From assembly GCA_951406725.2 (NCBI GenBank), contig OX597840.1, positions 20,522,001-20,586,000 on the forward strand: a stretch of 64,000 nucleotides of DNA, read 5' to 3'. The notes under the pieces were generated by a model that worked only from the letters and a program-made list of their open reading frames with translations, made no database searches and had not been told where the DNA came from. The translations under genes and the position numbers were made by a program. The stretch is from Octopus vulgaris. Lineage: Eukaryota. Below are positions 56,043 through 64,000 of the stretch, in pieces. The first letter of the stretch is position 1. Every line of letters starts with the position of its first letter.

Positions 56043-56457
56043 GCCTTGTGTATGTGTGTGTGTGTGCGTGTATATATATATATATATATATACACAATAC
56101 ACATACATACTCACACACAAGCTTTGAGTTCTGTTTTCTTGTTTGCATCACCAAAAATAAAGTTATTTTAAACACCCACATGTAGCTATATTTAATAGCT
56201 ACATGTGGGTGTTTTTTAACGACTACATCTGGTTGTGTTTAATAGTCACATGTTTTAACAAATCCATGTGGTAATTTTTAATAACAGCCACATGTGGTTA
56301 TTTTAGCAGCTGCATGCGCTAATATATATATACACATACCAGATAGAAGACAAAACCCAATGTTGTTATTTTGAATTAGTTTAATACACGTGTTTCTAGA
56401 AGTTATGTATGATAATCATTACAAAATATTATCACAATGATAATAATAATAATAATA

Positions 56458-56632
56458 ATGCCATGTAGAGTTCCTACATAAAGTTTGTCTCCTAGGGACA
56501 GCAAGGATTATCAGGTGGATTCTGAGCACTTGAAAGGCAGCTGAAAACTTGTGGATACCCAAGGTTACAGGTAGTAACCCGCTACCCACATAAATCCTAC
56601 CAGGAATAAGACCGAGCCTGAGTCAAACAAAA
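56458..56632 (+). mobile_element. Dong/R4-like LINE extreme 3' end within (AAT)n
   Basis: HVEFLHKVCLLGTARIIRWILST* followed by a ~100-bp UTR; (AAT)n on both sides. Confidence 0.8.
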
Positions 56633-56640
56633 TAATAATG

Positions 56641-56708
<68 letters not shown>

Positions 56709-56719
56709 AATAATAATAA

Positions 56720-57325
56720 TATGGATGACGAAAAGTGATTTAAAACCAGAAACGGAGGCTCTAATCTGTGCAGCCCAAGAGCAAGCATTAAGAACCAATT
56801 ACATCAAATACAGAATAAACACATCAGAAAGTGATAAGTGCAGAATTTGTGGACAAAATAGTGAAACCGTATGGCATATTACCAGTCAATGTACACCACT
56901 AGCCCAGAAAGAATATGAGAAGTCATGACAATATAGCAAGGATTGTCCGTTGGACACTTTGCAATAAGTATGAACTTGACAGAGCAAATAAGTGGTACGA
57001 ACATAAACCCAAAGGCATAATCGAAAATGATAATGCAAAGATCCTATGGGATTTTATGATTCGGTGCGACCATGAAATAGGGAATAGGAAGCCAGACATA
57101 GTGTTAATTGAGAAAGAAAGCAAACGATGCTGGATCATAGATATAGCAAACCCAGCTGACAACAAGGTGTGCGATAAGGAAGAAAGAAAAGTCGCGAGAT
57201 ATGACAGGTTAGCTTGGGAGGGTTAAGTAGTGGTGGTTGATGAAAAAGGTGGTAGTAGTACCAATAATTGTCGGAATCTTAGAAACAGTGAGTAAAAATA
57301 TTAAGTACATGGAACAAATAGGAAA
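56720..57325 (+). mobile_element. Dong/R4-like LINE fragment: CCHC knuckle plus RLE endonuclease (frameshifted)
   Basis: ETEALICAAQEQALRTNY..KCRICGQNSETVWHITSQC..(R)HDNIA..WYEH..LWDF..RKPDIVL..IIDIANP..K...Y; starts directly after (AAT)n. Confidence 0.92.
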
Positions 57326-57470
57326 ATGTGTGTGTGTGTGATACACACACACACACACACACATACATATACACACACAGAGATCATGTGTATATCAATA
57401 CAAATATATGCCTATACACACTCCTGCGATACATGCTTCTGTTCCTCTTTATATCTCTATCTAGCTCTGC

Positions 57471-57511
<41 letters not shown>

Positions 57512-57512
57512 T

Positions 57513-57543
<31 letters not shown>

Positions 57544-57560
57544 CATATATATACATATAT

Positions 57561-57610
<50 letters not shown>

Positions 57611-57779
57611 TTCTCAATCTACCTATCTGTCTATGTATATACATATAATATGTATATACACATGCATACCAATGTATTTAAACATAAAAGAATGTGTTTA
57701 ATTATATACTCTTACACATAGTCTATATACGTGTTGTAGACGACTAGATGCACACACATTTGTGTGGGTGTATACATAC

Positions 57780-57823
<44 letters not shown>

Positions 57824-57942
57824 CTCTCTTTCTATATATATATAAATACACACATACGCATATATATATATATACGTATATACATATAACTTAGAATAAT
57901 TTATATATATTTGTATATATATATATATATATATATCTCTCT

Positions 57943-57976
<34 letters not shown>

Positions 57977-57977
57977 G

Positions 57978-58020
<43 letters not shown>

Positions 58021-58088
58021 ACGTATATACATATAACTTAGAATAATTTATATATATATTTGTGTATATATATATATATGTATGTATG

Positions 58089-58195
<107 letters not shown>

Positions 58196-58615
58196 ATGTC
58201 TGTTTCATAAACACTTCAGCCCTTCATCTCTTGTGTTAAATGGTCAACACCCCGGCACCCCTCGCCACCCAACCCACCCATCGTCTCTGAGTTCTGTAGA
58301 GGTACGTGCCTCTTGTATTAATTGTACTGTGTGGTGGCCACCCGAGTAAATATGACCCGTTTGTAATACGGGTGGGGTGTGTCACTTGCTGGCATACACA
58401 TGCATACACATACACATACACAAGCGCACACACACACACATACACATGCGTGTGTGTGTGTTTGTATGTACGCACATGTGTATATATATATATATATATA
58501 CATGTATAGCATATTTATACATACGTATATCCATGTGTATACCTATGTATCTCTCTCTCTCTCTCTATAAATCCATCTATCTATCTATCTATCTATCTAT
58601 CTGTCTATGTGTCCA

Positions 58616-58647
<32 letters not shown>

Positions 58648-58665
58648 CACATATACATATATATA

Positions 58666-58792
<127 letters not shown>

Positions 58793-58854
58793 TTGTATGT
58801 ATATTTGGTTTGTATGTGCGCGCGTATATATATACACATATATTCATATATATA

Positions 58855-58907
<53 letters not shown>

Positions 58908-58971
58908 ATCTATATATATATCAATATATATATATATATGTATATATCAATATATATATATATGTATATAT

Positions 58972-59062
<91 letters not shown>

Positions 59063-59145
59063 TATGTATGTATATGTTTGTGTACAGATGTACACAATAG
59101 ACACACATATACATGAATGTGTATCTATGTATGTATATATATATA

Positions 59146-59202
<57 letters not shown>

Positions 59203-59447
59203 CATATATACATTCTCGACGTGTCCCCCTTCCACTCATTGACATAATGTACACACACAAATATAAAATACTTGCCTAACTCTCCTCACCCCCAACACCA
59301 CTGACCGATCGCTCGCCATTGTCTCGCCAACAAAGGCTCATTGATTCAGCACTCGCCCCCATAAATGTGTGTATGTAATATAGTAGACTTGTTGGTGTTG
59401 ACATGCTTGTTTGTGTAGCCCCAGGCCAGTTTCAATGGAAGAGCAGA

Positions 59448-59660
59448 TACGCGGTGCTATCAGAAAGTTCCCGGACCAGTTGTGTTTGATAAATAAAAAA
59501 AGGAACTTATTTTATCGAAGTTTTAACATCATCTCTTTCGAAATAATCACCTTGCGCAGCAGTTCCCCGGTCCCAGCGTTCCTGCCACTTTTGGAATCTA
59601 TTCTGGAAGTATTTTCCCGTAAGCGAGTCGAGGATCTTCTGCGATTCGATCAGTATCCAA
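59448..59660 (-). mobile_element. Mariner 3' end
   Basis: Minus translation FQKWQERWDRGTAAQGDYFE; TIR-like TACGCGGTGCTATCAGAAAGTTCC. Confidence 0.8.
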
Positions 59661-59684
59661 GAATCGCCCGGAAACCATTCTCTC

Positions 59685-59937
59685 TCTTTACTCTCTTACT
59701 CTTTTACTTGTTTCAGTCATTTGACTGTGGCCATGCTGGAGCACCGCCTTTAGTCGAACAAATCGATCCCAGGACTTATTTTTTTGTAAGCCTACTACTT
59801 ATTCTATCGGTGTCTTTTGCCGAACTGCTAAGTTACGGGGACGCAAACACACCAGCATCGGTTGTCAAACGATGTTGGGAGAACAAACAGAGACACACAA
59901 ACACATACGCGCACACATACACACAAACACACACGCG

Positions 59938-60034
<97 letters not shown>

Positions 60035-60187
60035 GACGGGCTTCTTTCAGTTTCCATCTACCAAATCCACTCACAAGGCTTTGGTCGGCCCGAGGCTACA
60101 GTAGAAGACACTTGCCCAAGATGCCACACAGTGGGACTGAACCCGGAACCATGCAGTTGGTAGACAAGCTACTTACCACACAGCCAT
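59685..60187 (-). mobile_element. SINE family A with expanded internal (CA)n(TA)n
   Basis: Both halves intact; the internal microsatellite is ~140 bp versus ~45 bp in other copies. Confidence 0.9.
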
Positions 60188-60486
60188 GTGTGTGCGCTTG
60201 CGTGTGCGTGTGTGTGAATGTGTGTGTTTGTCCGCTACAACCACTTGACAACCGGTGTTGGTGTGTTTACGTCCCTTTGTAACATAGCGGTGGGGCAAAA
60301 CATGACCGAAGAATAAAAACCAGGCTTAAAAAAAAAAAAACAATACTGGGATCGATTCATTCGACCAAATTTTCCAAAGCAGCGGTGCTCCAGCGTGGTC
60401 GCAGTCAAGTGACTGAAACATGGAGAAGATGAAAAGATAATATGAACGGGAGACTCATCTTCTGACGCTGTTTAATCACCTCCGAC

Positions 60487-61261
60487 ACCACCACCACCAC
60501 CTCCACCACCACCACCACCACCACCACCACCACCACCACCACCACCACCACCACCACCACCACCACCACCACCACCACCACCATTACCACCACCACCACC
60601 ACCACCACCACCACCACCACCACCGTCACCACCACCGTCACCACCACCGTCACCACCACCGTCACCACCACCACCACCACCACCACTCACCACCACCACC
60701 ACCACCACCGTCACCACCACCGTCACCACCACCGTCACCACCACCACCACCACCACTCACCACCTCCTCCTCCACCACCACCACCACACCACCACCACCA
60801 CACACCACCACCACCACCACCACCACCACCACCACCACACACCACCACCACCACCACCACCACCACCACCACCACCACCACCACCACCACCACCACCACC
60901 ACCGTCACCACCACCGTCACCAACACCACCACCACCACTCACCACCACCACCACACACCACCACCACCACCGTCACCACCACCGTCACCACCGTCACCAC
61001 CACCACCACCACCATTACCACCACACACCACCACCACGACGACCACCACGACGACCACCATCACGACCACCTCCACCATCACCAATACTACCACCACCAC
61101 CACTTCCACCACACACCACCACCACCACCACCACCACCAATACCACCACCACCACCACCACCACTACCACCAATACCACCATCACCACCACCTCCATCAC
61201 AACCACCACCTCCACCGACACCACCTCCATCACCACCACCACCAACACCAGCACCAGCACC

Positions 61262-61292
<31 letters not shown>

Positions 61293-61345
61293 CCACCACC
61301 ACCACCACCACCACCACCACCACCACCACCACCACCACCACACAC
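60487..61345. repeat. (ACC)n compound microsatellite, ~860 bp
   Basis: Read directly. Confidence 0.95.
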
Positions 61346-61728
61346 CATCGCCCACAAGCAATAAATAAATAAAAGTTACATACAAAAAAAATAAATAAAT
61401 AAACTGCAAAAAAAAAAAGAAATAAAAATGAAAGCCAAGTTGGCGTTGTGCCTCTTCGTCTGCCGAGAAATGATTATTAATTATTGGGGCGGAGGGGGGG
61501 GGGGGGAGGGAGTTTGAAGATGGTAATGGCGACTGAAGAATTCTTGGAGAAATTTGATTCTTATTGTATGATGCTGTTGTTGCCACTATGGTGGCGGTGG
61601 TGCTGGTGGTGGTGGTGGTGGTGGTGGTGATGTTTTGATGTTTTTTGCTGTTGTGTGGTTTTTGTTTTAAGGAAGATAGTAACAGACAACGATGCTACAT
61701 ACACCCATCTGCAGGCAAACATACGTAT

Positions 61729-61769
<41 letters not shown>

Positions 61770-61787
61770 AATACATATATGCACATA

Positions 61788-61847
<60 letters not shown>

Positions 61848-62073
61848 AAAGTTTACGAAAAAAAACAAGAGACGAAGACAGGTGGTGTACAAAACGAACA
61901 GATGTATTAGTATAACGCTCAGGAATAGAAAAAGTCTTTTACGTTTCGAGCCTACGCTCTTCTACAGAAAGGGACACAGAAAAAAAAAAAAAAAAACAAG
62001 GAGAGAAAAAAATGTGTGTACTGGCTAACGATCTATCATGGCATACATACATATATATATACCCACATATCTT

Positions 62074-62187
<114 letters not shown>

Positions 62188-62321
62188 GTATATGCATATA
62201 TAAATGTGAAGGCGCGTGGCTTAGTGCATTCGGCTCATGATCGTCAGGTCGTGAGTTCAATTCCCAGTGACGTATTGTGTCCTTGTGCAAGGTTCCGAGA
62301 GAAGTGAATTATAGATATATG

Positions 62322-62437
62322 TAATAATATTCGTCCTTCGGGTTCGAAGATGACCATTGACATCATTTGGTGGAATTGCTGCTATGAGACCGGAGGTGGC
62401 TGGTGAGGCCAATCCGGGCAAGGAAGCCCCTCCCACA
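62322..62437 (-). mobile_element. RTE-clade LINE 3' end
   Basis: Minus translation CGRGFLARIGLTSHLRSH, then 3' UTR ATGGTCATCTTCGAACCCGAAGGACG. Confidence 0.85.
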
Positions 62438-62852
62438 GTAAGTAACAATCGATGGACAGATGTCAGTTCACTACAGCTCTTTCCAACGAATTTTTTAATT
62501 GATCAATGACTATTTCAGATGAATACAGGAATTGTACAATCAGGGACATTAAAATTTTTTTTTAATCCACGGCATATACATATTTGGTGATTCCACGATC
62601 GAATCGAAGCTTACCGCAGAGTAAGATGGATGCATGAATGGGTTCTACGGTAAGAATCGATCGTGGAATCACCAAATACGTATGTGTCGTGGATTTAAAA
62701 ATGTTTTTAAATGTTCTTGATTGTACAGTGCATGTGTCCATCTGAAGAAAACAGTTTTTTATAATGATATTCATGTTACTCATTGATCAATTTTAAAAAA
62801 TCGTTGGAAACGGCTGTAGTGAATCGATACCTGTCCATCGTTTGTTACTTAC
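62438..62852. mobile_element. Fold-back/MITE-like element, ~415 bp, almost entirely inverted repeat
   Basis: Ends GTAAGTAACAATCGATGGACAG / CTGTCCATCGTTTGTTACTTAC; inner TATTTGGTGATTCCACGATCGA / TCGATCGTGGAATCACCAAATA. Confidence 0.85.
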
Positions 62853-63046
62853 ACACACACACACACGCACAGAGTGAGAGGAAGAAAAATATTTACATTC
62901 GATCACTTAAACACAGACACACGCATCAACACATCATACCCCCCTTCACACACGTAGAAATCAATTTGTGATCGAACTTTGTATATTCATTTATCTCATA
63001 TATACTCCCCACGAGATAATACATAGATACATACCCCCACCCTCTA

Positions 63047-63148
<102 letters not shown>

Positions 63149-63154
63149 ACTCTG

Positions 63155-63252
<98 letters not shown>

Positions 63253-63258
63253 ACTCTG

Positions 63259-63339
<81 letters not shown>

Positions 63340-63468
63340 GTCTGTATATCTATCTGTATATCTATCTAGCTGTGTACCTGTCTGTCTCTGTAAGCGTGTG
63401 GGTATTTGTAACAGTATGCTAACGTGCCTTTGTAGAGTACAGTGTAAGTGCATGCATGTATGTATGTG

Positions 63469-63500
<32 letters not shown>

Positions 63501-64000
63501 TGTATGTATGTATGTATGTATGTATGTATGTGTATGCGTGTACGTACGTGACGGGGTGTGGGGGTGAGTCGGACAATTTGATTTATTGTCCGGACTTTAA
63601 TCATTCGGTGTTAGATTCTTACAACACACACACACACACACCACTACTACCTCTCCCCCCATGGCCCTCCACCAATAAAGACAACAACAGCAACAACAAT
63701 AGTTACAAAAAATACACAGCAAGAAGCAGAACAAGTAAAAAAGAAGTAGAGAGAGAGAAAGGGGGAGAGAAAGAGAAGGAGAGAGCGAATGAGGGAGGGA
63801 GGGAGGGAACGGAAGAGAATATGGGCGACAACTAGAACAACAGCAACAACAAGAAAGATCGACAAAGAGGACGACAACGACAGCAACAAGAACAATAATA
63901 ATAATAAAGCGAAAACAAATGTATTAAAATGTCCCAAAATAACAGTGAACAAGGAGGAGGAGGAGGAGGAGGAGGAGAAGAGGAAGTAGAAGAAGAGGAA

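Noticed and set aside
62380-62445. Apparent exon with GTAAGT donor on the + strand
   Set aside because: Explained as an antisense RTE 3' end joined to the terminus of the fold-back element.

Overview
Eukaryotic, gene-poor, extremely microsatellite-rich DNA (intron or intergenic). The SINE repertoire and repeat density look like a coleoid cephalopod, probably Octopus; this is an inference from recognition, not a search. No host protein-coding exon can be supported, and nearly all ORFs in the track are microsatellite read-through. Supported content: four tRNA-headed SINE families; fragments of RLE-type (Dong/R4-like), RTE, Tx1/L1-like and Penelope retroelements; Tc1/mariner remnants; hAT MITEs with 8-bp TSDs; a tandem non-autonomous Helitron; a 22-bp minisatellite; and several long inverted repeats. 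The main signal is a set of minimal type-I hammerhead ribozyme (HHR) motifs from several unrelated sequence families. Four have the canonical CUGANGA...GAAA...UH core (5168-5257, 18540-18577, 34324-34409, 42549-42652) and at least five are variants. They sit in short elements embedded in (TA)n. One lies downstream of an uninterrupted Penelope GIY-YIG domain that the ORF track missed, and three fold-back palindromes turn around at or next to ribozyme helix II. Two SINE/LINE 3'-end partnerships and microsatellite-associated LINE insertions are also readable from the sequence.
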